From: Eledone cirrhosa
Taxonomy: Eukaryota
Length of the DNA stretch: 64,000 bases
Assembly (NCBI GenBank): GCA_964016885.1
Contig: OZ024742.1
Location: 303,800,001 to 303,864,000 of the forward strand
Direction of reading: 5' to 3'
This document shows positions 42,761 through 54,299 of this stretch, in pieces. The notes under the pieces were generated by a model. That model had not been told where the DNA came from. It searched no databases and saw only the letters and a list, made by a program, of their open reading frames with translations. Both the position numbers and the translations under genes were made by a program. Each line of letters begins with the position of its first letter. The first letter of the stretch is position 1.

Positions 42761-43137
42761 GTGGTAAAACTATATGATGTACCGATTTCAAATATTATCT
42801 GACACATACCTCCATCAGTAAAGTTAGATAATTTAATGAACATCAATAAGTAACAGTTATTTTCAGCACAAGTTACGCTTAAAGTTTGATGAAATCTGAG
42901 ATGAAATTTTAAGTGCCCAGGTATTTTTTATTGTTTTTTTGCATTTCCTGAATGTCGTTTTGAAAAGGACTTTTATCGTGTTTAATTGGTAGCTCAATTG
43001 TCAGTTAACAGGAGTTGAATTCGGGAATATGTGGTTAGGACTGTGTCTGTGGTTGCTTGTTATGAAATATAATTGAAATAAAGTTTCATATTGTACAGAA
43101 TGTTAAGAGAAACGTTGAAGGAAAAAGAACGAGAGAA

Positions 43138-43206
<69 letters not shown>

Positions 43207-43210
<4 letters not shown>

Positions 43211-43614
43211 AAAGAATAGAGGTGTAACACACAAGTTATTGTATATTGGTAAACGGAATAGAAAATGCTGACAAATTGTTCACAGTTGAAAAATGGTTTA
43301 ATTAGGAATAAAAGAGTATTAGTGATTGTATGGGTTAATATTCAGTTGTGGATTTAAGTTTTTAAGGTTTTACCGGTTGCGCATTTCTAAATGCTTTTCA
43401 AAAATAATTTTGAGATAGAGTGTCCGTGCAAACAGCACGGACACTCTATCTCAAAATTATTTTTGAAAAGCATTTAGAAATGCGCAACCGGTAAAAACTT
43501 AAAAACTTAAATCCACAACTGAATATTAACCCATACAATCACTAATACTCTTTTATTCTTAATTAAACCATTTTTCAACAGTGAACAATTTGTCAGCATT
43601 TTCTATTCCGTTTA

Positions 43615-43622
<8 letters not shown>
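43207..43622. mobile_element. Fold-back insert (~190-bp arms) with variant HHR
   Basis: Arms 43242-43429 and 43435-43622, loop AAACA, ~35-nt left tail. 43460-43496 reads TTT-TTGAAAA-GCATTT.AG.AAATGC-GCAA-CCGG-TA-AAA. Confidence 0.92.
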
Positions 43623-43658
<36 letters not shown>

Positions 43659-44303
43659 GAAAGAGAGAGAGAGAGTGAGAGAGGGGGTGGATGAAGATAA
43701 AGATGAATGGTTGCAAGCACTTAGAACTCTCAACAGTCGGCTTAATTAATGTCATATAAATGATTACTCTGTTGTGTAAAGTTTTCCCTCGCAGAATTAG
43801 TGATATTAAAGTTCAATATGTCTTGGTTTAGCAGTGACTAAGATCATAGTAATGATTCCTCAAGATAAACTACGTATATAAGATTTATGACAGTGGTAGT
43901 AGATGTCCCTTTACCAAGTTGCACCTGCATTCTACCATACATCATAACTTCAATTAAGAAATTTTGCTAAGAAACTCAGCTGCCTGACTTAGATGAATAA
44001 TTAATTGCTTAAATAAATCGATTATTAGAGACTTTACCAAATGTCGTAGTTTCCTATACCTTCAGCTGTAATGTGAGGATGAAAATGCCATACGAAGAAT
44101 TCCGTCTTAAGCAAAATTTACTTCTATCAGTATTCCAGAATACATGATTTCTAAAATATAATAAATGGATACATACATTATAAATATATTTAGGTACAGT
44201 TCATCATAAGATGATACCTTTACATTCTCTTTCTCTTTATCACATATTCTCTCTTTATTTGTTTCGTACTAGACACATATATAGTAAAGAGTAAAGTGAA
44301 ATT

Positions 44304-44337
<34 letters not shown>

Positions 44338-44338
44338 T

Positions 44339-45077
44339 AGAAACTGAAAAATAACCGAGGTGTCCTATACGAGTGAAAGTATAAAAAAAAGATGAAATCG
44401 AAAATGCAACTGGAGTCTTATTTTTAACATACTCCCCCCAACACACACATAACAACACACACACAAGCACACAAATAAAGATACATATCTCTATTTTCTT
44501 TATTTCTTTATTTCAATAGAAAGTCTGAATTCTGACACCCCAGCGAACCAGCCATATTCACTGAACCAGAACAATTCTCCCATCCTATTTCTCTTGATCA
44601 TTATCTTTTGTTTGTCATAAAATTATCTAAAAGGCTACAAAATAAATTCCCAAATACAGGCGCGAAATTTAATAAACTTGTTCACGTGACAGCGATAATT
44701 TCATTTATAACCAATCAAATTACATTTATAAAAAAAAGCATTCGTGAGCCCCCCCCCCCTTTTTTAAAGTAAAAAGAAATTCAAACAAACTGGCGTGAAA
44801 GCTGATGTGCTTATTCACGTGACTGCATCAACCAACCAAACTTCACTCATATATGAAAAAATAACCTAAGCTCCCCCCCCTGGTTTGAAGAACTTTGTAA
44901 CGCGAACTGGCGCGAAATTTATTATACTTTTTGACCAACCAATCAAATTACTTCTCTAAAAACCTCGGGTTTCGAGCCACTTTTTTCCATATAAAACAAG
45001 TAACATTCTAAGACCAACCAGATGTGAGAAAAACCACAAACCCTCCACCTCAATCCTACTTTTGAAAAGCAGAAGAA
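44339..45077. mobile_element. Longer family B copy: inverted tail plus upstream body ending inside the HHR
   Basis: 44339-44425 is the reverse complement of ~11922-12010. 45024-45077 matches the loop and arm of the 11691 element (GTGAGAAAAACCAC...TTTGAAAAGCAGAAGAA). Confidence 0.75.
44657..44950 (+). promoter_or_regulatory. Three diverged tandem units with E2F-like, E-box and CCAAT motifs
   Basis: GGCGCGAAA at 44659 and 44909, GGCGTGAAA at 44792; TCACGTGA at 44682 and 44815; CCAAT at 44711 and 44939. Confidence 0.5.
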
Positions 45078-45392
45078 GGTGGATAGTAAAGATTAATAAA
45101 AAATATCTAGGGTCTAAAACCGCTGCTATAATTAGTTGGTATTGCGTTTTCGGCCAATGCTATATATAATTTATTGGGGTGGGGGTACTGAGGCTACAAA
45201 AGTCCGATGGGCTGCCTCGGAGTAGGCGAAGGGGGGGGGGGGGGAAGGAAGAGGATAGGGAGTGGAAGGAAGTGATAGGAAGAGATAATGGGAAGAAGAA
45301 AATTAAAAGGAAAAGAAAAGAAGTACATCTCCTATGTTAGTTGGGGTTTCCCCTATCTTGTTCGGCAAGTGGGCAAAAGGAGGCTGTTGCAG

Positions 45393-45840
45393 TCATTGTC
45401 TACCCACCCGAGTCATGAGGGGATTTGAGGCGAGGTAAGTCCTACGCAATCGGTGTTTGCATGCAGTTACAAGTTCGTCTTTTTTGTTTAGGAGTTGGTC
45501 CTTCGTAAACAGTATTTGTAATGTTTCCTCCGAGCATAAGTTACATGGACGGCGTCCTCCCGTGTAGGAGTTAGCCCTGGACAGTAAGCTCCAAGTAAGA
45601 TTGTATGTTATGTTATTATCTTGGAGGTCCCAGATGTGGCCCGAAAGTGTAGTGGCATGTCGCCGGACCGGGTTTCGGAACGTGTATTGGTGTTGGTAGA
45701 GCCGGGTCTTAAAGTCACAAGTGGTTAATCCTATATAGGCTTTGTTGGAGGTTTCCGTCCTCACGTTGCACTAGTAGATCACGTTAAGTTCTCGGCATCT
45801 GTTGTTGGGAGGGCACGCAGATATATCAGGGCAGTTACAC
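45393..45840 (-). pseudogene. PLE GIY-YIG endonuclease fragment
   Basis: CNCPDISACPPNNRC..NVIY*C...AYIGLTTCDFKTRLYQH...TLSGHIW...CNLCSEE...LLNKKDELVTACKH; one in-frame stop. Confidence 0.9.
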
Positions 45841-45922
45841 CTCATTTAAATGATTATTTATATGGTTGATTTCTACGGACTAGGGAGAGGAAAGACTGTG
45901 TATATGTTATCTAATAATTCTT

Positions 45923-46081
45923 CAAACGGCTGAACTCCGGCCATTTCGACATATAGCTGTCAAAACGGCCGGAGCTCAGCCGTCGGGGTTCTAACTCTTT
46001 TCCTATTACCCACTCTACTACCCTAAGTATTGGGTACTCTGGTGCATTATGGTCCACCTGGTTCCTTACCACACTTTCTTT
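45923..46081 (+). mobile_element. Family A fold-back insert
   Basis: Hairpin centred ~45953; family A tail. Confidence 0.88.
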
Positions 46082-46112
<31 letters not shown>

Positions 46113-46120
46113 CATATATA

Positions 46121-47097
46121 TTGAATACTACAATAATGCATTAAGGAATGCCGACCACTGGGATACAATAGAATACATTGATAGGAATTTCCATAACACA
46201 CATAGCTCTACACGAAATCAAGAAATACGTACCCGGGGGACTAAAATACAAGCGCACACACACAGTACAACCAGACATACTAATAATAATAGAAAATCAC
46301 CACCAAATAAATCACGTTGTAGAAAGTATATCTGGTACAATCCTATTTTTAATGCCTCGATTAGTACAAAACTATCTCTTTCATTCTTTAAGTTAATCAA
46401 CAAACATTTCCCTAGTTCCCATAAATACAGCAAAATTCTGAACTCTAAAACTATTAGACTATCATACTCCACGGCACCAAACCTTGAAGCATACATAAAA
46501 AAACTTAACTTAAGGCAATTAAACAACTCTACAAAACAAAACATTTTAGTAACAGATGGGCAGAACGTAATATCTGCCTCCCAACCACTAAATGGGAGAC
46601 GGGTATTACACAATCCACCTGTACCGCTATCACAACCTATCCATGGTATACCCGCTACCCACAACAAAGAATGTAACTGCCATCTACCTGAAAGATGTCC
46701 ATTGAAGAATGAATGCCTAAAGTCCAACATTGTTTACCAATGCACGGTTGAATCGAACGACCAGAAATGGTATTATATCGGATCTACCACTACCTCGTTT
46801 AAATCTCGCTGGTACCGTCATCGATTCTCAATCAAACATCCTAATCACCGTTTTGTGACCACGCTCGCCAACAAGACCTGGTAACTCTGTGAACGCAACC
46901 AACAGTTCACCTTAAAATGGGATATACTTTCCAGCGCAAGTGCATATCGGAGTGGATTGAAGTACTGCAGGTTATGTAACCTTGAACTCTTTTACATATT
47001 AAAACCCAAAAACAAACTACTTAACGATAGAATTGAACGATCATTATACTGCAACCACAAACTAAAAGCTAAATTCTCTCACTATAAAATAACTTAA
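46121..47097 (+). pseudogene. 5'-truncated PLE: post-RT linker plus GIY-YIG endonuclease
   Basis: WYNP...KHFP...RLSYS, CNC-x5-CPL-x3-C, NIVY...YYIGST...FKSRWYRH. After the TAA at 46882 the frame continues ...LKW...YCRLC...LLN...CNH to TAA 47095-47097. Confidence 0.92.
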
Positions 47098-47583
47098 CAT
47101 TCGAACGCGTAACTATAACATCGCTTTCTAGCTAACCAACTTCTCTTCCCCCACACTACAAGACAATACACTGCTTATCACTATAAATGGTAACTCAGTG
47201 CAATTCGTAGATTACTACTACAAACCCAAAGTTCACTCACCATATAAACTTCGTCTGTCCCCTCTACCTCTCTCTCTACATCCATTATACTCTCTCTCTC
47301 GCCTTTGGCCTACCTTCCTCTCCACATCTATGAACCTGCCCTCTGGGGCAATAAATCATTCCGACCTTAACTATCAACGCATCTCTCCAAAAGTAACCAG
47401 TATAATAAAACCCCTACCATAACATTTTGATTAAGATATCTACAAACCACTCTCTCCTACTTTTCCAACCCCTGCATATCTTTCTCTCTCTCTCCCTCTC
47501 CCCTACTTTTCTCTCTTCCTTTTCTACTCTATCTTCCCCAACAACCCCACTTAAGGGTATTTACATTGTACATTTTACCATTC

Positions 47584-47694
47584 TGCTCTGAGGATACAGT
47601 GGTCACAGTATGGATATTTTAGTTCTGCAAATACTTGTAAATTTGCACATAGCATAACTAGGCTGTAGTACCACCGTGGAAACATTTGTAAGCA
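47584..47694 (+). ncRNA. Type I HHR with long stem II insertion in PLE 3' region
   Basis: TGCT-CTGAGGA-TACAGTGGT..(~65 nt)..ACCACCGTG-GAAA-C.ATTT.G-TA-AGCA. Confidence 0.75.
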
Positions 47695-47893
47695 CACGGA
47701 ATAAATTACCTTTTTATGATGTCTACCTGTTATTATTCATTCTTTATATACACTCCGGAATACAGAAGGATCAGGAACTAAGTTTCTTCAACAATTCTTC
47801 CATAACTCGTAGAGTAACCTCTCACCGTACGTCAACCATATCCAGTGTAGTAATTAACCATTACTCATTACTACATCTTGGATAATCCTATAC

Positions 47894-47959
<66 letters not shown>

Positions 47960-47962
<3 letters not shown>

Positions 47963-48525
47963 CGTTTCTGAATTTGTTTAGCAAAATTCTTTATCTGAAA
48001 TCGTGTGTTTAAACCGATATTGTTATACTTTGGGAGGGTCATGTTGCCAATAAGAAACACACGCACCAGTTGCTTTCACTTCAATTTATTATAATAAATT
48101 TATAAATTTAGGAATTTATAAATTTATAAATTTCTGGTTGGTTGGTTGGTTCCACAACCAGATAGTTGTTTATATATTGTCAAAGTTCTTTCGTCACACA
48201 TTCTGTGACCTCATCAGTGACTGGGGATTCTTTTCTTTGTTTTTGTGCCTCTCCTTTGTTCTGTCCTACGCCATTTTCCAGAACAAAGGAGAGGCACAAA
48301 AACAAAGAAAAGAATCCCCAGTCACTGATGAGGTCACAGAATGTGTGACGAAAGAACTTTGACAATATATAAACAACTATCTGGTTGTGGAACCAACCAA
48401 CCAACCAGAAATTTATAAATTTATAAATTCCTAAATTTATAAATTTATTATAATAAATTGAAGTGAAAGCGACTGGTGCGTGTGTTTCTTATTGGCAACA
48501 TGACCCTCCCAAAGTATAACAATAT
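47960..48525. mobile_element. Fold-back insert (family C, ~245-bp arms) with HHR on each arm
   Basis: Arms 48017-48263 and 48279-48525, ~57-nt left tail, (TA)n flanks. Confidence 0.92.
48321..48363 (+). ncRNA. Minimal type I HHR (mirror copy 48179-48221 on minus)
   Basis: GTCA-CTGATGA-G-GTCACA.GAATG.TGTGAC-GAAA-GAAC-TT-TGAC. Confidence 0.85.
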
Positions 48526-48594
48526 ATATATATATATATATATATATTTAGTTATGTAATAAACAACATAAGGCAATTATTCCATTTAGCAGTG

Positions 48595-48668
<74 letters not shown>

Positions 48669-49250
48669 TATAAGTTTCAAGAATAATATATATATATATT
48701 ATTCTTGAAACTTATAATTGTATATACCTCTGATTGATAATTAATTACTTAACTCATTCTTCATCGAGCCATACCGTTGAAGGTAGCCAACACTCATATA
48801 TGTATCTCTGACTAACTTTGAATATATATATATGAACTTATGAATTTATTCTATACTCCCTTACGGTTGAGTAAACCTTAGGCGGTAACTAACTGCTTCT
48901 TCTAGCATTGAACTTACCTGCCATTCGGCCTACCTTCACAACACTTATATCTTGATCGCTAGCCACGTGATATTTCTCACCCCTTTTGAATTCGTTACAA
49001 ACGGTGATCACTTTAGAAACTTTGGTCCTAACTGAGGGAGTCTTTTGAAAAGCTTGGAGCCTCATGCAATGATTAGACATATCCACAAAGTACGAGCGAA
49101 ACTATCGATAGTCGGGACTGGATGAATTTTTGGAAATGTTTATCTATATTTTTTCTTCAAACTTACATTTTTTACTTAGTTCCGTTTAATTGACTATTTG
49201 TCTAGTTAATCTCTACGGACTAAAAATCGGAGCCGAACTCATATACTAAG

Positions 49251-49331
49251 CATATCTGACGACCTTTCGATTATAGAGCCAGGTTCGATCTATAATAACT
49301 CTTGCCTCGACAGAGAAATACATGTAATATG
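49251..49331 (+). ncRNA. HHR with extended stem II
   Basis: CATAT-CTGACGA-..ATTATAGA..TCTATAAT..-GAAA-TACATG-TA-ATATG. Confidence 0.65.
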
Positions 49332-50186
49332 TTATTAAATATGTTATGATGCAACACTGAATCCTTGTTCCTTATTCTTATAGTAAATATATATATATTC
49401 ATGCGAATTTATGAATATATAAACAAACGCATATACATGCGTTTGTGTATTTACGTAATGTTGGTGTTTGAGTGTATAGTATTAATTTTTGAGAGTACAA
49501 ATAGTACGCGGTGAAAAATAAAGTGTATATTCTACATGTGTATATTGATGTATATAAAATAGGTTTATGCACTATAGCTAAATAACTGTTCACCAAATAT
49601 AGTTTCTTTGCAAAATCTATATGAGGGTAGTATCGTTTATATATACCTTACCAGACCTTAGATAATATACTTTGCTGGTAATAGATAAAAATCATGAAAT
49701 CCATTTAAACACTGCTCTTACATAAGTACTGAGGAAGTTATGTCATGATCATTGCTGAAATTACACAAAGCGATGTATTAAGGATGTTTATTATACATGG
49801 CAGCGATAATGAGGGACAGAGACCGCTGGGGATCTCGGGAATTTTACCCTTAGAATTATACATAAAGGCATTGTGTATGGTTTCATATGTGTTTGACGTC
49901 AAAATCATGATGTGTTAGTGACATGATTAATTAATATTAGCCTAACAATTAAGCGCTCTAACTAAATAAGCTTTTAAAATGATAGTTTGGTTACAAAATC
50001 TATAAGATGTTTTCTTTAACATTTTAGTCCTCTGGAGTTAGTATAGTGGATAAATGTTCTGTAAGCCATATATACATTGTCAGTACACGATTACTGATAT
50101 AAATGTGAGATGAACACAGATTTAAACACTCACAGTGACGACATTGTATATGCTTATTATATATCAATATTTGTATATATTTGTGA

Positions 50187-50405
50187 GGGCGGTGGATTGG
50201 CAGTATCGGTAGAGAGTCGGACGCCATGCTTTGCAGCAAAGGGTTACAGCCCTTTATGATCTGAGTTCAAATCCCGCCGAGGTTAACTTTGCCTTTCATT
50301 CTCATAGGGTCGATAAAATAAAGTACCAGTCACGCACTGGGGTCGATTTAATCGACTTTCCTCTCCCCCAAAATCACTGGCCTTGTGCCTATATAAGAAA
50401 CCAAT
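50187..50405 (+). mobile_element. tRNA-derived SINE (longest copy)
   Basis: A-box TGGCAGTATCGG, B-box GAGTTCAAATCC, extra GGGGTCGATTTAATCGAC hairpin and family tail. Confidence 0.88.
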
Positions 50406-50447
50406 ATTTGTATATATTTGTGTTAATATGCGCCTTTATATATATAT

Positions 50448-50626
50448 AGGAAAAAGTATGACTCCGACGGCAGAGTTCAAGCCGTATCGTCGGGTATTTC
50501 AGTCCAGAAATAGCCGTCGAAACGGCTTGAGCTCTGTTGTCGGGGTCGTACTTTTTCCTATTACCCACTCCACTACGTATTGGTGCGTTATGGTCCATCT
50601 GGTTCCTTACCACAACCCCTTCGTTA
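50448..50626 (+). mobile_element. Family A fold-back insert
   Basis: Hairpin centred ~50503; same subfamily as 25922. Confidence 0.88.
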
Positions 50627-50664
50627 TATATATATATATAAAGCACATATCGACACAAATATAT

Positions 50665-50705
<41 letters not shown>

Positions 50706-51240
50706 CATATATATATATATACACATATACACACATATATATATATACTATCAAAATTAGATTAGAGATGTCTGAGAATATCAGAAGCATGCGCCATACC
50801 ACCTGTAGAATAAGATCAAAGATTCCAAGTAGTAAATCCGAGCATTTATATTAAATTAAAAATTTTAATTTAAAAATTTTAATTTAATATATATATATAT
50901 TTAAAAAAACCCCCTAAAATCTTGACACTTCACCCTAAAATAGCATAAATTAAATAGTTTCAAACTTAACCTTTTAACTTTCGGAAAATCTCCTTTTACA
51001 TATATTCCCTCTCTCATTGACCGCTTTCCTTGATAAATTGTAGTATCATACATTTTAAAATCTCTATAACTGTTACATTAAGCAACGTTTTTCTTACTCT
51101 CACATTCTCTATTGAATTTATTACGTTTTCGCATTTTCTCATTATTAGGGTTTAAATGTTAAACTTTCTCTTAGGTTAATCACTACCTTGATTAAATCTT
51201 AACCATTTAACATCTCAGGTTATGTCATATATCATTATAT

Positions 51241-51290
51241 TTTGTCTGATGAGGACGTACTGTTGTACATCAGAAATATGTATAATAAAA
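51241..51290 (+). ncRNA. Degenerate HHR
   Basis: CTGATGA-GGACGTAC.TGTT.GTACATC-A-GAAA-TATG-TA; stem I is weak. Confidence 0.55.
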
Positions 51291-51430
51291 TATAATTGAT
51301 AAAAAGAACATCTATTTGATTAATATTTGTATTTTAATATTAATAACTCTGGAAAATTATTTTTCGTAGAGTGCTTCCAATCTACTGTAAAACTCATTCT
51401 TTGATATACTCATTGAATATTGTTTAACTC

Positions 51431-51474
<44 letters not shown>

Positions 51475-51696
51475 GGGTAGGTGTGTGTGTGTGTGTGTGT
51501 GTGTAAATGCCCCCCTTCCACCCTTTGACAATTGTAATACCTCTGAGTCCAAGCCGCATACAACATTCGATCTCATCACCTGGTTTGCGAGATGAAATGG
51601 TAATACAATGTAATTCGATTACATTCACTCAATTAGTGCAGTAAATCCATCCAATTCTAACTGAGAGAGAAAAGTTAAATCAAACAATGAAAAAAT

Positions 51697-51757
51697 CTAA
51701 ATATAATATCCGTTTATCCCCTCACGCAGTGAGGGGATAAACGGATATTATATTTAG
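51697..51757. repeat. Perfect 29-bp-arm hairpin, GCA loop
   Basis: CTAAATATAATATCCGTTTATCCCCTCAC-GCA-GTGAGGGGATAAACGGATATTATATTTAG. Confidence 0.95.
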
Positions 51758-51941
51758 CTGCAGTGTTATATAATTGTTCGCGGACTGAAAATTGTTCGCG
51801 GACTGAAAACTATTAGAAGGATGAACAAAAATATTTCTAACGTCATCAGGCATGAATAAAACAGAGTTGATGCCATCATCAATATGCAGTTGTGCATAAC
51901 AGCTATTTCCTTATATATCTAGAACAACGTTAAAGAAATAT

Positions 51942-52120
51942 AATTGTTTCTACTTTTGGCACAAGGCCAGCAATTATTCCAGTGCATTACTGGTACTTTA
52001 TTTTATCGACCCCGAAAGGATGAAAGGCAAAGTTACCCTCGGCGGGATTTGAACTCGGACCGTAAAGGGCCGTAACTGTATGCTACTAAGCATGGTGTCC
52101 GACCCTCTACCGATACTGGA
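51942..52120 (-). mobile_element. tRNA-derived SINE
   Basis: Reverse complement of the family consensus. Confidence 0.85.
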
Positions 52121-52290
52121 AATATTATAATCTGCTGACAATCTTCAGTTAACCGGAGAATCTTGATTCCTATAATTGTTTCAACCCTTATAATTGTTTC
52201 AAGCAAATATTTCAAAAGACTTTTTAAATGGAATTTCATGAAAATGCATCAAACTAAATAAATATAGAACCTAAAATATGTTTTAACATT

Positions 52291-52429
52291 TACGTAACTT
52301 TATATTTAGGGAACACCTGATTTGTTATTCTAAAATGCTGGAATTCAATTAAAATGATTTATTCTGTCTACAAACACAAAAGCATACACACACTTATACA
52401 TACATACACAAACACAAACATAAATATAC

Positions 52430-52474
<45 letters not shown>

Positions 52475-52612
52475 TATATTTATGTTTGTGCTTGTGTATG
52501 TATGTATAAGTGTGTGTATGCTTTTGTGTTTGTAGACAGAATAAATCGATTTAATTGAATTTCAAAATTTTAGAAAAACAAATCAGGTGTTCCCTGAATA
52601 TAAAGTTGCGTA
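52291..52612. repeat. ~140-bp inverted duplication centred on (TA)n, abutting the PLE 5' end
   Basis: 52291-52430 versus 52472-52612, with several mismatches. Confidence 0.9.
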
Positions 52613-52720
52613 TATATATATAAATATATATAGTGTGTGAATATATATAAATATATTTATTTGTATTGAACATTTTGAAAGTACGGTTATAAGTATGAAT
52701 TTTCAGTATATTTTCGTAGC

Positions 52721-52795
52721 TGTCTCAGTGGCGTAAGGGTATGTACTAGAGACGTTGTAGATCCTGGTATTCGGTTCGATCCTGGTCAAGAGATA
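52721..52795 (+). ncRNA. tRNA-like (Pol III A/B box) element at the PLE 5' end
   Basis: TGTCTC/GAGATA acceptor-like pairing; A-box TGGCGTAAGGG at 52729; B-box GGTTCGATCC at 52773; T5 at 52805. Confidence 0.55.
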
Positions 52796-52946
52796 TATGT
52801 TGTCTTTTTCAGTTTTTATTTTACATTCCATAGAAAAAAACCGAATGCGTCTACCGGGAACAGGATCGAACTTCAGACAAGGATCACCAAGTGTTGATAG
52901 TATATTTATCTATCTATATATATATTCCTATTGTGTATATGCTAAC

Positions 52947-54299
52947 ATGTCTGGAAAGCAACAAATGAAATCAACAGAATCAGAAAGAATTCTAAAGGTG
53001 ATACCATCGAAATTATCAACACTTATCACGATGATTGACACACAATCCTCTATTTTAAAGGAAATAGAAAAACAATCTACAGACGGAAAACTTATAACTG
53101 AACATATAAACTCTGAAATTAAGAATTTAGCTGAAATTATACCAACAGTTATCAAAGATACAAAAGAAAGCCTACCACAACCCCCTTGGATGTCAGAACT
53201 AAACGAAAGAAATTTGGAAAACAAAACACATCGAATAAGAAAAGAAATGTGGAAGACATGGAACAAATTTCTTAACATAAGAAAACAAAACTTCTGGAAA
53301 GCATACAAATGCGAAAAATATGTCGAAACACATTCGAAATGGCTCTCTCTAACGGCACCCATACTCCCCCGCAAATACCTAATTACAGAAATTGCAGGAG
53401 AACCAGAAGAAGAAACAAAACTCCGATGGGAACATACATTGACAAAATTCAGGACCGACATCTTCATTTCTCAATGTAAACAATCCCGCTACAAAGCCAA
53501 ATATGAAGCTATCGATGACCAAATTGAAGTTGAAATTTCAAAGTTAACGACTGGTATTATAGCTGAAAAACTACGAGAACTATGCATCAGAGATATCTCA
53601 AAAGAAGAAAACAAATCAAGAAAGGTATGGCAGCAGAAACAATTATTTCTCGATGAATATGCTGCAAATTACGGTAAAGACTCTGGAACCCTGAGAAAAA
53701 GCATTACAAGTGGACAATCTCACCAACACAACATACGCCAGAACACGTGCCAACACAAACACTCACCTTACCTTGAATCAAAGAAGAACTACGGTAATAA
53801 CTCTTTGCTTTTTCTACAAAAACACCCTATCGCACACAACATGAACAAAATGCACAAACACGATAGATATTCCTTTGACCAGACCATGAGAAGTAGTAAA
53901 ACCAGGAGATCATTCTCAAGATCTCAACAGAGACTACCAACAAGGAATGTAGAAACAAAACGTAGAATAACCAGATCACTCTCAAGATCTCAACTGAGAT
54001 TACCCACAATAAACTGGGCGAAAAAACGATCTAAACCTGAAAGCAAACCTAGGTCATTTCCCCAGATTGTTAAAAATAATGCTAACAAGAAATGTAAAAA
54101 TAATATACATAATACCAAAAATAGGACAAAATACATAACGAAACCAAATATAATATCACGACCAAAAGTTCATCAAGCGAACACCAACAGGCATATAAAT
54201 CCTGAACAGAGAAAAATCCATTTTTTAACGTCAGGACAACAAAAACCGGAAAAAGAAAAACTCCAGGAGGAAACATATCCAAAACAACTGTACACGTAG
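52947..54299 (+). CDS. PLE ORF1, ~450 aa: helical/coiled-coil-like centre, basic R/K/S-rich C-terminus
   Basis: Uninterrupted ORF in AT-rich DNA directly upstream of the RT. Probable start ATG 52947; the frame is open from 52797. Confidence 0.8.
   Translation: MSGKQQMKSTESERILKVIPSKLSTLITMIDTQSSILKEIEKQSTDGKLITEHINSEIKNLAEIIPTVIKDTKESLPQPPWMSELNERNLENKTHRIRKEMWKTWNKFLNIRKQNFWKAYKCEKYVETHSKWLSLTAPILPRKYLITEIAGEPEEETKLRWEHTLTKFRTDIFISQCKQSRYKAKYEAIDDQIEVEISKLTTGIIAEKLRELCIRDISKEENKSRKVWQQKQLFLDEYAANYGKDSGTLRKSITSGQSHQHNIRQNTCQHKHSPYLESKKNYGNNSLLFLQKHPIAHNMNKMHKHDRYSFDQTMRSSKTRRSFSRSQQRLPTRNVETKRRITRSLSRSQLRLPTINWAKKRSKPESKPRSFPQIVKNNANKKCKNNIHNTKNRTKYITKPNIISRPKVHQANTNRHINPEQRKIHFLTSGQQKPEKEKLQEETYPKQLYT

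Noticed and set aside
52721-52795. Functional tRNA gene
   Set aside because: The anticodon and T stems do not pair properly; kept only as tRNA-like.
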